A stretch of 64,000 nt of DNA from Myxococcota bacterium. GTDB taxonomy: Bacteria; Myxococcota_A; Polyangia; Nannocystales; Nannocystaceae. The notes under the pieces are model-generated. The model had not been told where the DNA came from. It did no database searches and saw only the letters and a list, made by a program, of their open reading frames with translations. Shown piece by piece: positions 36,486 to 47,232 of this stretch. Both the position numbers and the translations under genes were made by a program. The stretch spans positions 240,985-304,984 of the forward strand of contig JBCCHT010000006.1 of the NCBI GenBank assembly GCA_039028615.1, written 5' to 3'. Positions within the stretch are counted from its first letter, which is position 1. Each line of letters begins with the position of its first letter.

Positions 36486-37502
36486 TCAGCGTACGTAGCT
36501 GCGGTCGGCGTCGTTCTTGCGCAGCTCGATCCCCGTACGCACCGACGCGGGCACGACTCGCTTGGTCAGCCGGTCGGCCAGCCACAAGCCGAGGCCATAG
36601 CGTTTCAACGCCGCCTGGGCCCGCTTGTAGCGGTTGTCCAGATCCAGGGCGACCCGCTCGGCCACGGTCGGCGTGCGGGGCCCGTGCTCGCTGGGCAGGT
36701 AGTCGCGTGCAGTCAGCATGTCGCCGCAGCGATACTCGACGTTCTGAATCTCCCGCGGGGTGAGGCGGCGGCGCCACTGCTCGACCAACGAGGGATCGGG
36801 CGGGTCGTAGGTGCTGTCGCGCCAGAACTCGAGCATCTCGGGGTCGTACTCGAGGCCGAGGAACTCGCAGACCTCGGACAGCACGGTCTCCGGGTTGCGC
36901 ACCAGCGCCTCGTAGCGGACCTCCATCCACTGGTCGTCACGGATCTCGGCCTTCAGTCGCTCCCAGCGCTTCTCGGCCTCGAGCCAGATCTCGGCGCCGC
37001 GATAGACGTTGCCGACCCAGCCCATGCCGATGCAGGAGCGCGCCACGTCCCGCGGGTCACGGATGACGTGGATGAAGCGAGCGTCGGGCCACAGGTCGGG
37101 ACAACGATCGAAGCGGGAGTGGATGGTGATGCCCGTGACCGCCTCGGGGTGATTGGCGACCCGCTGCTCGAGCAGGTCGCGGACCAGCTCCGGGTAGTCC
37201 AGGTCGGGATCAATCTCGAGCTGCGCGGCCTCGAACTGGCGGCTCGTCGCGAGGTGAGCGTGGAGCTCGGAGACCTCGGGGAAGCCTCGGTTGTCGAGGA
37301 GCTCGACCGCTTCCTCGTACTCGCCGACGTGGACCACGTCGCGGTGATGACCGAGCATGAGGTTGAACAGCGTGGTGCCGGACCGCAGCGCCCCCACCAC
37401 GATGACCGGGGGTCGCGAGGTCTGTTGCCCCACGGGCAGCGGCGCGGCGAGGCACTCGCTGGGGGAAGCAACGGCGGACGACGTGGGAATATCCTGGCAC
37501 AT
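36486..37502 (-). CDS. PAPS-dependent sulfotransferase
   Basis: GALRSGTTL (5'-PSB), IRDPRDVARS (3'-PB) and VRYEALVRNPE...CEFLGL; true start may be downstream. Confidence 0.9.
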   Translation of the reverse strand: MCQDIPTSSAVASPSECLAAPLPVGQQTSRPPVIVVGALRSGTTLFNLMLGHHRDVVHVGEYEEAVELLDNRGFPEVSELHAHLATSRQFEAAQLEIDPDLDYPELVRDLLEQRVANHPEAVTGITIHSRFDRCPDLWPDARFIHVIRDPRDVARSCIGMGWVGNVYRGAEIWLEAEKRWERLKAEIRDDQWMEVRYEALVRNPETVLSEVCEFLGLEYDPEMLEFWRDSTYDPPDPSLVEQWRRRLTPREIQNVEYRCGDMLTARDYLPSEHGPRTPTVAERVALDLDNRYKRAQAALKRYGLGLWLADRLTKRVVPASVRTGIELRKNDADRSYVR

Positions 37503-37773
37503 AGTCTTTCAGCTCTTTCGAGTGAGAAGCCGAAAGCCGCGGCCCGAGTTCGCGTCCCATCCCCGGCCGCAAACGTCGAGTCATCGAGACTCTCTACAAA
37601 GGGAGTACCGATCGGCCCCAATAGTGCTCACCTTCTCCGAAAAAACTTCCGGCCAGATTTGGACCCTGCGAAGACCCCGTCACCACTGGCAGCTTCAGCC
37701 CGCGATGGCTGCCGCTGAAATGCCAGTAGTGCACGCGAAAGATACGGGAAGAGGTGAAATATCGATCGGAGCG

Positions 37774-39929
37774 TCAGCCCTCCGAATTCACCGATTCGAC
37801 CGCGTCCAGCACCCGTAGCGCCGCATTGGTGAGCTCGGTGCCGGGCCCGAAGATTTCAGCGACGCCCATCTGCCGCAACGCATCGTGATCTTGGGGAGGA
37901 ATGACGCCACCGGCCACGACCACGATGTCTTCGCGCCCCTCGTCGGCCAGCGCCTTACGCAGCTCCGGGACCAGGGTCAGGTGCCCGGCCGCCAGTGAGC
38001 TCATGCCGACCACGTGCACGTCATTTTCGACCGCCTGTCGTGCCGTTTCAGCGGGAGTCTGAAATAGCGGACCGATGTCGACATCGAAGCCCATGTCGGC
38101 GAAACCGGTCGCGATCACCTTGGCGCCGCGATCGTGTCCATCCTGGCCCATCTTGGCGACGAGCAGTCGCGGCCGGCGTCCCTCGGCCTCCACGAACGCA
38201 TCGACTCGCTTCAGCACCGCAGCCATCGCGTCGTCGTTGGCTCGTTCCTTGTGATAGACGCCTGCGATCGATCGTTGCGTCGGCATGTATCGCCCCCATG
38301 GTTTCTCGAGCGCGTCCGAGATCTCCCCGACCGTGCCCTTGGCTCGGGCCGCATCGATGCACAGCTCGAGCACGTTGCCTTCGCCCGTCTCCGCGCAGCG
38401 CGTGAGCGCGTCGAGGTGCTGCTTCAGCGCCACCTCGTCCCGCTCGGCCCGAAGCTGACGGAGCCGCGCGAGCTGGGCTTCGCGGACGGCCCGGTTGTCG
38501 ATCTTGAGCACGTCGAGCTCGGGCTCGTCTTCCACGGGCCAGCAGTTGACCCCCACCAGCGGCTGCTGCCCCGCGTCGATCCGGGCCTGCGTGCGGGTGG
38601 CCGCCTCCTCGATGCGCCGCTTGGGCAGGCCTTGCTCGATGGCCTTGGCCATGCCGCCCATCTGCTCGATCTCCTCGATGCGCGCCCAGGCCCGCCGCGC
38701 CAGCGCGTCGGTGAGCCACTCCACGAGTAGCTACCGCCCCACGGATCGATGCTGCGGGTGAGTCCCGCCTCCTGCTGCAGGTACAGCTGCGTGTTGCGAG
38801 CGATGCGGGCGGAGAAATCGGTGGGCAGCGCCAGGGCCTCGTCGAAGGCGTTGGTGTGCAGCGACTGCGTGTGCCCGCCCACCGCCGCCAAGGCCTCCAC
38901 ACAGGTCCGCGCCACATTGTTGTACGGGTCGGCCGCGGCCAGGCTCCAGCCCGAGGTCTGGCAGTGGGTCCGCAGCGCCAGCGACTTGGGATGCTTGGCC
39001 CCCACGCTCTTCATGAGCTTGGCCCACAGGATTCGTGCCGCCCGCAGCTTGGCCACCTCCATCATGGAGTGCATGCCGATGCCGAAGAAGAACGAGATGC
39101 GCGGCACGAAGGCGTCGACCTCCAGCCCCGCTGCGATGCCCGTGCGCACGTACTCGAGACCATCCGCCAGCGTGTAGGCCAGCTCGATGTCGGCCGTCGC
39201 TCCGGCTTCCTGCATGTGGTAGCCGGACACGCTGATGCTGTTCCACTTGGGCATGTGCTCCGCCGTGTAGGCGAAGATGTCCCCGATGATCCGCATGGAG
39301 GGCTCCGGCGGATAGATGAACGTGTTGCGGACCATGAACTCCTTGAGGATGTCGTTCTGGATGGTCCCGGAGAGCTTGTCGGGGCTGACGCCCTGTTCCT
39401 CGGCCGCGAGGATGAACAACGCCATCACGGGCAGCACGGCGCCGTTCATGGTCATCGACACGCTGATGCGATCGAGGGGAATCGAGTCGAACAGGATCCG
39501 CATGTCGAGGATCGAGTCGATGGCCACGCCCGCCATGCCCACGTCACCGACCACGCGCGGGTGATCGGAGTCGTAGCCGCGGTGGGTGGCCAGGTCGAAC
39601 GCGACGCTGAGGCCCTTTTGGCCAGCGGCGAGGTTGCGCTGGTAGAACGCGTTGCTCTGCTCGGCGGTGGAGAAGCCGGCGTACTGCCGGACGGTCCACG
39701 GCCGCTGCACGTACATCGTGGGGTACGGCCCGCGCAGATACGGGGGGAAGCCCGGCATCGCGCCCTCGTGCAGCGCAGTGGGACGCTGCTCGGCGCCGTA
39801 GCGAGCGGCGATGTCGATGCCCTCGGGGGTCGACCAGGGCTCGGCGGCCTCGGGCTGCGATCCCGACGCGGCGGGGCCGGCCAGGAGCGCGTCGTAGTCG
39901 AGCGAGGAGAAATCGGGAAGCTGGCTCAT
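37774..39929 (-). pseudogene. mutB: Methylmalonyl-CoA mutase large subunit, split by a one-base frameshift in this sequence
   Basis: [14 protein letters not shown] and [10 protein letters not shown] in ORF 38424..39929; B12 motif [10 protein letters not shown] in ORF 37774..38724; frames join at 38725-38727. Confidence 0.9.
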
Positions 39930-41755
39930 CGAACGGCCTCGGAGGTGGAAGCGAAGAGGTCGGCTTGCAGCGCGCCGAGCACGGCGACGACGTCTCGCCC
40001 GCGATGGATGAAGTCGTAGACGCCGGCTTCACGCAGCGCGTCGGTGGGGCGCCCAGCGACCAGGACCCGGGCGATGCCCCCGGCGATCAGGCGACGCGCC
40101 CCCGCGGGGCCTTCGGCCTCGAGCGCCTCGGCCGGCCCGCACAAGATGGCGAGCTGAACCTTCTCGGAGAGCGTGGCGTCGGGGGTCATCAGCAGGACCT
40201 CGAAGCCACCGACGTTGGCAAAGCCGCGGGCAAAGTCGATCTGGCCGCGCGCGCGTCGAGGATCGCCGACGGGTACGAGCATCGCCCGGGGGCGTCGACC
40301 CCTGGCCTGGGTGGCCTCGTCGGCGCGATCTCGCAGTGCCTCGAAGGGCTCGGTCAATCGACGGGTCGACAGCGGCAACGCGGTGACGGCCGCGGTCCGG
40401 GTGACGCCGCTGCTCGGTGCGGTCGGGGCCGGTACCTCCAGCTGCGGCTCGTCGAGCGAGGGATAGGCGGTCGTGCCCGTGGCCACCAGCTTGCCCGTGG
40501 CCAGCGCGGTCGAGCGTGCCGCCGCTCGCTCGGCGATCTCGCCCTGCAGCCGTCCCGAGGTGAGGACCTCGCCCATGCCGCCCGCGCCGAGCCACTCGCG
40601 GACCCGCGCCCAGGCGCCCTTGGCCAGGTCGTCGGTCAGCGACTCGAAGGCAAAGCTGCCCGCCGCCGGATCGTCGACCGCCCCGAGGTGCGACTCGCCG
40701 CGCAAGATGTGCTGCGTGTTGATGGCCCAGCGCCGTGCATCGGCCTCGGGCGCGCCCAGGGTCTCGGTGAAGGGCTGCACCGCGAGCACCGAGCATCCGC
40801 CCACAATCGCCGCGAACGCGCCGACCGTGCCGCGCAACAGGTTGACCCACGGGTCTCGAACGGTGGCGTGTCGCCACGAAGTCCGTACCCACAGCGGCGT
40901 GGGTGCCCCCTCGGCCGCGCCTGCGTGCGCACGGACCCTGGCCCACAACCTTCGGACGGCACGGAGCTTGGCCACCTCGACCAGCAGGTCGCCGCCCACC
41001 GCCATCTGCATCACGATGTGGGGCATCACCGTGGCCGCGTCGAGACCGGCTGCCTGCAGGCGCTGCAAGTGCTCGAGCCCGGTCGCGATCGCGACCGCGA
41101 CCTCTTGTTCCGCCGACGCCCCCGCGTCGTGGGCCGGCACCGCATCGATGGCAATGGTGGCCAAGCCGGTACCCGCCTCGATCGCCAGCGTCGTGGTCTG
41201 GGCCAGCTGGGCGTAGGCATCGTCGAGCGAGACCCCGAGTCCGCCCGCGCTCGCCAGCACTGCCAGCGGATCGCAGAGCACGGCGTCGCGCGGCGCCTCT
41301 TTGCCGCGCGCGTCGATCAACGCCCGCGCCAGGTCGGGCGCGGCCAGGCCCGCATCGAGCTGCAACGCAGTGCTCGTCGTCAGGCTCTCGACGAGCGTGG
41401 GAATCGACGCCGCGGTGAGCACCGAGCCCGTCGCGGCGCTCGACACGGCAGCACCCGCTCGAAGCTCACCATGCAGAGTCACCCACGCCGCCTCGAGCCC
41501 TCGACTCACGTCCCGTTTCAGAACTTCATCGAGCGTGCTCACGTCGCCGCATCCGTACTGCTGAGCGATGCGCCAACCGGGCGTTCGCGCCGGAGGGCGA
41601 GGTCCGGCTTCGCCGTCCTGCGCGGTATAGAGCGGCCGAACGGTGAGCCCTTCGACGGTCGGCGTTTCGAGGCCGTCGTCGACCTTGTCGAGCCAACGAT
41701 CGAAGGCAACGGGAGAGAACTCGGGGAGCAGAGGCTTGGCGTCGTCGGTAGACAC
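39926..41755 (-). CDS. mutA: Methylmalonyl-CoA mutase small subunit
   Basis: [34 protein letters not shown] and FEALRD; no B12 DxHxxG; ATGA overlap with mutB; GTG start inferred. Confidence 0.88.
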   Translation of the reverse strand: MSTDDAKPLLPEFSPVAFDRWLDKVDDGLETPTVEGLTVRPLYTAQDGEAGPRPPARTPGWRIAQQYGCGDVSTLDEVLKRDVSRGLEAAWVTLHGELRAGAAVSSAATGSVLTAASIPTLVESLTTSTALQLDAGLAAPDLARALIDARGKEAPRDAVLCDPLAVLASAGGLGVSLDDAYAQLAQTTTLAIEAGTGLATIAIDAVPAHDAGASAEQEVAVAIATGLEHLQRLQAAGLDAATVMPHIVMQMAVGGDLLVEVAKLRAVRRLWARVRAHAGAAEGAPTPLWVRTSWRHATVRDPWVNLLRGTVGAFAAIVGGCSVLAVQPFTETLGAPEADARRWAINTQHILRGESHLGAVDDPAAGSFAFESLTDDLAKGAWARVREWLGAGGMGEVLTSGRLQGEIAERAAARSTALATGKLVATGTTAYPSLDEPQLEVPAPTAPSSGVTRTAAVTALPLSTRRLTEPFEALRDRADEATQARGRRPRAMLVPVGDPRRARGQIDFARGFANVGGFEVLLMTPDATLSEKVQLAILCGPAEALEAEGPAGARRLIAGGIARVLVAGRPTDALREAGVYDFIHRGRDVVAVLGALQADLFASTSEAVR

Positions 41756-41901
41756 GGGCGCACGAGCGTCCGGAGCCTTCCTCACCGCGATCCGCCGACG
41801 AGCCGAGGCGCCGAGACGTGGGTGCACTCTATCAGGGCGTAGCCACCCCGGGGCCCTCCGCGAATCCGGCGGCTCGTCGTATGCTCACGCCACCGCACGC
41901 C

Positions 41902-43452
41902 ATGAGTCTCAACCTCGCCTCCATCCTCCGCAGTTCGGCCCTCCTGCACCCCGACCAGCCCGCGGTCGCGATCGGCGAACGAAAATTCACGTACGTCCAG
42001 CTGGACACGATGGCCCGTCGTTTCGCGGGCTCACTGCGCGCCCTGGGGCTGCAGCGCGGTCAACACGTGGCGCTGATGCTGCCCAACGTGCCGCAGTTCA
42101 TCATCGCCTACTTCGGGGCCCACTATGCAGGCTGCCCGGTCGTACCGCTGAACGTGCTGCTCACCGGGCCCGAGGTCGCCTATCACCTGCGGGACTCGGA
42201 CGCGGTGGCGCTGGTCGCCTGGGAGGGGTTTGGCGAGCACGCCAAGGCCGGCTTCGACGAGGTCGAGGGTTGCAAGCACCTCGTCATCGCCAAGGCCGAT
42301 CCCACCGACCTGAGCGCGGACGAAGGCACGCTCAACTTCAGCGCCCAAGTCGGCGGCGCGACCCCGGTGGAGGACCTGCCGCCCACCATGCCGGACGACA
42401 CGGCGGTGATCCTCTACACCTCGGGCACCACCGGTCAGCCCAAGGGCGCCGAGCTCACCCACTTCAACCTGTTTTACAACGCCGAGTACTCGCGGGCGAA
42501 GCTCATGGGCATGGACACGGGCACGGTGGGCCTGGTCACCCTGCCCTTGTTCCACAGCTTTGGTCAGACCGTGCTGCAGAACGCGGTGCTGGGCGCGGGG
42601 GGTTGTCTCGTGTTGCTGCCGCGCTTCACCCCCGACGACGCCTTCGCCCTCATGCAGGGACACAAGGTCACGCTCTTCGCGGGCGTGCCCACCATGTACT
42701 TCGCCCTGCTCAACCACCCCGACGCCGACAAGTACGATCTGAGCTCGCTGCAGCTGTGCGTCTCTGGGGGCTCGGCCATGCCGGTCGAGGTCATGAGCGC
42801 CTTCGACGAGAAGTACGGCGTCAACATCCTCGAGGGCTACGGCCTGTCCGAGACCTCGCCCGTCGCCAGCTTCAACGTGCTCGACAAGCCCAAGAAGGCG
42901 GGCAGCATCGGGCTGCCCATCCAGGGCGTCGAGTTCCGGCTCGCCGACGACGATGGCAACGTGATCACCGAGTCGGGCAAGCCGGGCGAGATCTGGATCT
43001 TCGGCCCCAACGTGATGAAGGGCTACTACGGCAAGCCCGAGGCCACCGCGGCCTCCATCGACGAGGCGGGCTGGTTCAAGACCGGCGACATCGCCACCCG
43101 CGACGACGAGGGCTACTACTTCATCGTCGATCGCAAGAAGGACATGATCATCCGCGGCGGCTTCAACGTGTACCCGCGGGAGATCGAAGAAGCCCTCTAC
43201 GCCCACGCGGCGGTGGCCGAGGCGGCCGTGGTCGGCATTCCCCACGAGAGCCACGGCGAGGAGGTCAAGGCCATCGTCGCGCTCAAGCCGGGGCAATCGG
43301 TCGACGAGGCGGGGATCATCGAGCACTGCAAGCAGCGGCTCGCCGCCTACAAGTACCCGCGCATCGTCGAGTTCCGCGACGCCCTGCCCAAGGGCGCAAC
43401 GGGCAAGATCCTCAAGCGGGTGCTCCGCGACGAAGCCCAGGGCAAGGGCTGA
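41902..43452 (+). CDS. Long-chain fatty acid--CoA ligase
   Basis: YTSGTTGQPKG, EGYGLSETSP, WFKTGD, DRKKDMIIRGG and LPKGATGK. Confidence 0.93.
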   Translation: MSLNLASILRSSALLHPDQPAVAIGERKFTYVQLDTMARRFAGSLRALGLQRGQHVALMLPNVPQFIIAYFGAHYAGCPVVPLNVLLTGPEVAYHLRDSDAVALVAWEGFGEHAKAGFDEVEGCKHLVIAKADPTDLSADEGTLNFSAQVGGATPVEDLPPTMPDDTAVILYTSGTTGQPKGAELTHFNLFYNAEYSRAKLMGMDTGTVGLVTLPLFHSFGQTVLQNAVLGAGGCLVLLPRFTPDDAFALMQGHKVTLFAGVPTMYFALLNHPDADKYDLSSLQLCVSGGSAMPVEVMSAFDEKYGVNILEGYGLSETSPVASFNVLDKPKKAGSIGLPIQGVEFRLADDDGNVITESGKPGEIWIFGPNVMKGYYGKPEATAASIDEAGWFKTGDIATRDDEGYYFIVDRKKDMIIRGGFNVYPREIEEALYAHAAVAEAAVVGIPHESHGEEVKAIVALKPGQSVDEAGIIEHCKQRLAAYKYPRIVEFRDALPKGATGKILKRVLRDEAQGKG

Positions 43453-43473
43453 GTCGCGGCCGTCGCATCGACC

Positions 43474-44046
43474 TCAACGACGGTCGGGGTCGATGCCCAG
43501 CGGGCGGAGATAGCGAGCGATGGTGGCCTCGCGATCGCTGGTGCCATCGAGCGACTGATACAGCGAGATGACCTCCTCGCTGATCGCGGGGATGATCGCC
43601 GCGAGGCCCCCGCCCGCGGGCACGGCCGTGTCGGGGCCGAGTGTGTCGTGGACGAACTTGGTCAGCAGCGCCTGCACCTCGGCCTCTTTGCCCGGCTCCA
43701 TGGGCGAGATGATCGCCTTGGTCACGTCCAGCAGGCGCTCGATCCTGGTGGCCGTGGCGGGCAGCCCGGTGGAGAGCTTCTCGGCTCGTCCGGCGAGTTC
43801 GTCGAGCACGGGGAGCATGGGCGCGGCCGTGCCGTTCTTGGCGACCTGGGCCATGATCTCCAGGTAGGCCCGCAGCAGCAGCCGAGCCTCGCGCTTGAGC
43901 GCCTCGGGATCCGCCTTGGTCGTGTCTTCGGTCTTCCCCTTCGACTCCGACTTGGCCTTGCCCTCGGCGGTCGCGGGTTTTTTGTCGTCGCACCCGGTGG
44001 GCAACAGCAGCGCAAGGGTGACGATGACGGCGATTTTCTGGAGCAT
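43474..44046 (-). CDS. Hypothetical lipoprotein
   Basis: MLQKIAVIVTLALLLPTGC lipobox; starts 1 nt after the SGNH gene stop. Confidence 0.75.
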   Translation of the reverse strand: MLQKIAVIVTLALLLPTGCDDKKPATAEGKAKSESKGKTEDTTKADPEALKREARLLLRAYLEIMAQVAKNGTAAPMLPVLDELAGRAEKLSTGLPATATRIERLLDVTKAIISPMEPGKEAEVQALLTKFVHDTLGPDTAVPAGGGLAAIIPAISEEVISLYQSLDGTSDREATIARYLRPLGIDPDRR

Positions 44047-44047
44047 C

Positions 44048-45616
44048 TCAGCCTCCGCCGGCCAGCATGGCCCGGGCGTCGAACCCATACATCAGCGCAT
44101 CACTGAGCGCCATGCCCTTGCGGGCCGCCCCCCGAGCGTTGAAGTGCAGGTAGTCACCCCGCGCGAGCGGAGGATCGGCGTTCACCCACGTCTCCATCGA
44201 AAACTCGCCGCCCATGAAGGCCACGCCGTCCCAGAAGCCGCAGCCCTCCTGGGCCGCGATGTGGCGCTGGACCTCGATGATCTCGTTGAGCTGGGTCCGC
44301 GTCCGCAGCTCGCCGTCTTCCCGAATCGGGAAATCGACCGGGCCGATGATGAGACAGCTGGCCTCGGGCAGCGCCCGCTGGAAGCGATGCAGCTGCGCCC
44401 GCAGGTCCTCGGCGTAGAGCGGAATCGACATTTCCTCGTCGACCGACTCGTTGGTCCCGTACGAAAGCGTGTACAGGTCGGGCGCGCGGCGAGCCAGGTT
44501 GTCGGCCCACAGCGGCTCGTTCCACGCCAGGTGGTTGGGGCCGCGGGTACCATCGATTCCGAGCACGTCGACCACGACGCCCGGGTCGTTGCGCTCGAGC
44601 ACCACCCCGAACACGCGGACCTCGGCCTCGTCGATCGTCTCGACGCGCAGCCGATGCGGCCCCGGCTCGACCTCGAGCGCGTGATACCCCGGCCCGAGTT
44701 CCTCGCCGTCGGTGCTGACGACCACCGCGGGGCCATCGTCGAGGCTGAAGCGAAACGAGCCGCCGCCGGGGTGGCGCAGGAAGAAAAGCTCGACCTTCGC
44801 CAGCTCTTGGCTGGACGTCGATTTTTTCTTGGGCTCGACCGTCGACCACTGCTTCTTCTTGGTCGCCGTGAACGAGGCCCCGAGCAGGCCGTAGTGTCCG
44901 TCGAGACGACCGCTGCGAACCTGCGCGTGCTCTTTTTGCCAGCCCTTGGAGGCCTGGACCTTCACCTCGTTGTGTCGATACCAGCGCGACAGCGGAGCCA
45001 AGGGCACGAAGCCGGGGCCACCGTCCCCGAAGCGGGTCTGCAGGTAGGTTCGGATGTAGCCGACGCCGAGGTCGGCCGCGGTGCCCGACGCCCCGTACAT
45101 CGCCACCCGCACCTTGCCGTCGGGGTCTCGACCCTCGACGAGCGCCTGGAGGGCAGCATGGAAGTGGGCCAGCGCGGGGCCGGAGTCGGGGTCGGTGACC
45201 GGAATGAAGTAGCCGGGCATCGGCGCCGGGCTCGGCTCGGCTTCCGTCTCCGCTTCGGCCTCGGCCTCGGCCTCGGTGACGGCCTCACTCACGTCGGTCG
45301 TCTCGACACCAACCTCCTCCGGCAAAGGCACGGGATGCAGCAGCGGCAAGTGGCCCCCGCGAAGCAGGCGCTCCTGCGCTCGAGCGTGGGCCTCCGCCGT
45401 CTCGACCGTGCGCACCGGTCCCGGCGGTAACGGTGCGGGCTCCGGCTCCGGCTCCGGCTCGGGTTCGACCGGCGGCTCCTCGATGACCGCGACGGGCTCC
45501 GGCTCCGGCTCGACGGGCGTGGAGCCCGCATCGGGCGAGACCGGCTGGCTACAGGCGCTCGCACCCAAACCCACCATCATCAACCAGGCCAGGGTGCGCG
45601 TGGGCATCCCTTTCAT
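44048..45616 (-). CDS. SGNH/GDSL-family lipoprotein (PatB/Ape-like O-acetyltransferase or esterase)
   Basis: GASAC lipobox; YGASGTAAD, FGDGGPGF, GIDG, YGTNE and DYLHF blocks; EP/AE-rich linkers. Confidence 0.82.
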   Translation of the reverse strand: MKGMPTRTLAWLMMVGLGASACSQPVSPDAGSTPVEPEPEPVAVIEEPPVEPEPEPEPEPAPLPPGPVRTVETAEAHARAQERLLRGGHLPLLHPVPLPEEVGVETTDVSEAVTEAEAEAEAETEAEPSPAPMPGYFIPVTDPDSGPALAHFHAALQALVEGRDPDGKVRVAMYGASGTAADLGVGYIRTYLQTRFGDGGPGFVPLAPLSRWYRHNEVKVQASKGWQKEHAQVRSGRLDGHYGLLGASFTATKKKQWSTVEPKKKSTSSQELAKVELFFLRHPGGGSFRFSLDDGPAVVVSTDGEELGPGYHALEVEPGPHRLRVETIDEAEVRVFGVVLERNDPGVVVDVLGIDGTRGPNHLAWNEPLWADNLARRAPDLYTLSYGTNESVDEEMSIPLYAEDLRAQLHRFQRALPEASCLIIGPVDFPIREDGELRTRTQLNEIIEVQRHIAAQEGCGFWDGVAFMGGEFSMETWVNADPPLARGDYLHFNARGAARKGMALSDALMYGFDARAMLAGGG

Positions 45617-45731
45617 CGTTCGCCGTTGTGCGCCGCGGGTCAAATTCCCGGAGCAATGGCGGGTCGATCGCCTCCGACTCCCGCTTCGGCCGATTCGCGT
45701 TCTCGCGCAGTCTTGGGGCATGGTGCGGGCC

Positions 45732-46226
45732 ATGGGAAAGGACAAGACCCCGGTCACCGCGGCCATTCGCGTGCTCCGCAAGCATGGGGTGAAGTTCACG
45801 CCCCGCCTCTACGACTACGAGCCTCGCGGCGGTACCGAGCATAGTGCAGCCTGCCTCGGCGTCGACGAGCACGCGGTCATCAAGACCCTGGTGATGGAAG
45901 ACGACGCCCGCCAGCCGCTGGTGGTGCTCATGCACGGGGACTGCTCCGTGTCGACCAAGGCACTCGCGCGACACCTCGGCGTCAAGACGATCCGTCCTTG
46001 CGAGCCCGCCGTCGCCGATCGCAACAGCGGCTACCAAGTCGGCGGCACCTCCCCCTTCGGTACCCGCAAGGCCATGCCGATCTACATGGAATCCACCATC
46101 GCCGACCTGTCCGAGCTGTACATCAACGGGGGCAAGCGGGGCTTTTTGGTGTCCATGGCTCCGGCCGAGCTCGTGCGCGTGCTGTCACCGACGCTGGTCC
46201 AGGTCGCCATCGCGGCGGGTTCCTGA
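45732..46226 (+). CDS. ybaK: Cys-tRNA(Pro) deacylase
   Basis: IKTLV, GYQVGGTSPFG and INGGKRG. Confidence 0.9.
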   Translation: MGKDKTPVTAAIRVLRKHGVKFTPRLYDYEPRGGTEHSAACLGVDEHAVIKTLVMEDDARQPLVVLMHGDCSVSTKALARHLGVKTIRPCEPAVADRNSGYQVGGTSPFGTRKAMPIYMESTIADLSELYINGGKRGFLVSMAPAELVRVLSPTLVQVAIAAGS

Positions 46227-46247
46227 GCGGGGTGGTAAGACTGCCGC

Positions 46248-47222
46248 ATGAAGCTCACCGTGCTCTCCGAGGCGGTCGTCCGCGAGATCATCACCGTCGA
46301 GCTCGCCTTCGAGGCCGTCGGTGAGGCGCTGAAATCCGTCGCCACCAGGCACGCCAGCATCATGCCCGTGGTGCTCGCCGAGGGCGGCCCGGGCGGAGCG
46401 ATGTTCGGGGTCAAGACGGCCACGCATCTGTCCGCGGGCCTGCTCGGGCTGAAGGTGGGCAGCTACTTCCCCGAAAACCACGCCCGCGGTATTCCCAATC
46501 ACGGTTCGACCACCCTGCTGCTCGACGGTGAGACCGGCCTGCCTCGCGCCATCGTCAGCGCCGGCTACCTCAACGGCCTGCGCACCGCGGCTGCCAACGC
46601 GGTGGCCGTCGATCGACTCGCCCGCGAAGACGCCAGCGTGCTGGGGGTCATCGGCGCCGGGCACCAGGCGGAGTTCGAGGTCCGCGCCGTCGCGGCCCGT
46701 CGCGCCCTGCGGCAAGTGAAGGTCTGGAGCCGCACGCCCACCAGCGCCGCCGATCTATGCCAGCGCCTCGGCGACCTCGACCTCGAAGTCACCGCCGTCG
46801 ACCAGGCCCGCGCCGCCGTGGAAGGAAGCGACATCGTCACCACCGTCACCCCCGCCCGAGCGATTCTCGTGGAAGCGGGCTGGGTCGGCCCCGGGACGCA
46901 CATCTCCGCCATGGGCTCGGACACCGACGGCAAGCAGGAGCTCGACCCGCGGCTCATGGAGCGCGCCACCGCCTTCGCCGACCTGCCCGCGCAGTCCGTA
47001 CGCATCGGCGAGTTCCAGCACGCCGCCGCGGCCCAGCTGCTGACCGCCGACGACATCACCCCGCTCGGCGCCGTCTTGCTCGGTCAACACCCCGGCCGCA
47101 CCACCCCCGACGAGATCACCGTGTTCGACAGCTCGGGCGTCGCCCCCCAAGATCTGCACGTCGCCGCCGCCGTGCTCCGCGAAGCCACCGCCCGCGGCCG
47201 AGCCTCGATCATCGACTTCTAG
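46248..47222 (+). CDS. Ornithine cyclodeaminase / mu-crystallin family protein
   Basis: GLKVG, LRTAAA, IGAGHQA, HISAMGSD, KQELD and VFDSSG. Confidence 0.9.
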   Translation: MKLTVLSEAVVREIITVELAFEAVGEALKSVATRHASIMPVVLAEGGPGGAMFGVKTATHLSAGLLGLKVGSYFPENHARGIPNHGSTTLLLDGETGLPRAIVSAGYLNGLRTAAANAVAVDRLAREDASVLGVIGAGHQAEFEVRAVAARRALRQVKVWSRTPTSAADLCQRLGDLDLEVTAVDQARAAVEGSDIVTTVTPARAILVEAGWVGPGTHISAMGSDTDGKQELDPRLMERATAFADLPAQSVRIGEFQHAAAAQLLTADDITPLGAVLLGQHPGRTTPDEITVFDSSGVAPQDLHVAAAVLREATARGRASIIDF

Positions 47223-47232
47223 GAGCCGCGTC

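Noticed and set aside
38715..38740. Programmed ribosomal frameshift in mutB
   Set aside because: No slippery run or stimulatory element seen, and I know of no precedent for this enzyme.
45230..45515. GGCTCC/CTCGGC hexamer repeats as a contingency locus
   Set aside because: Short, imperfect and in frame; they encode ordinary EP/AE linkers.
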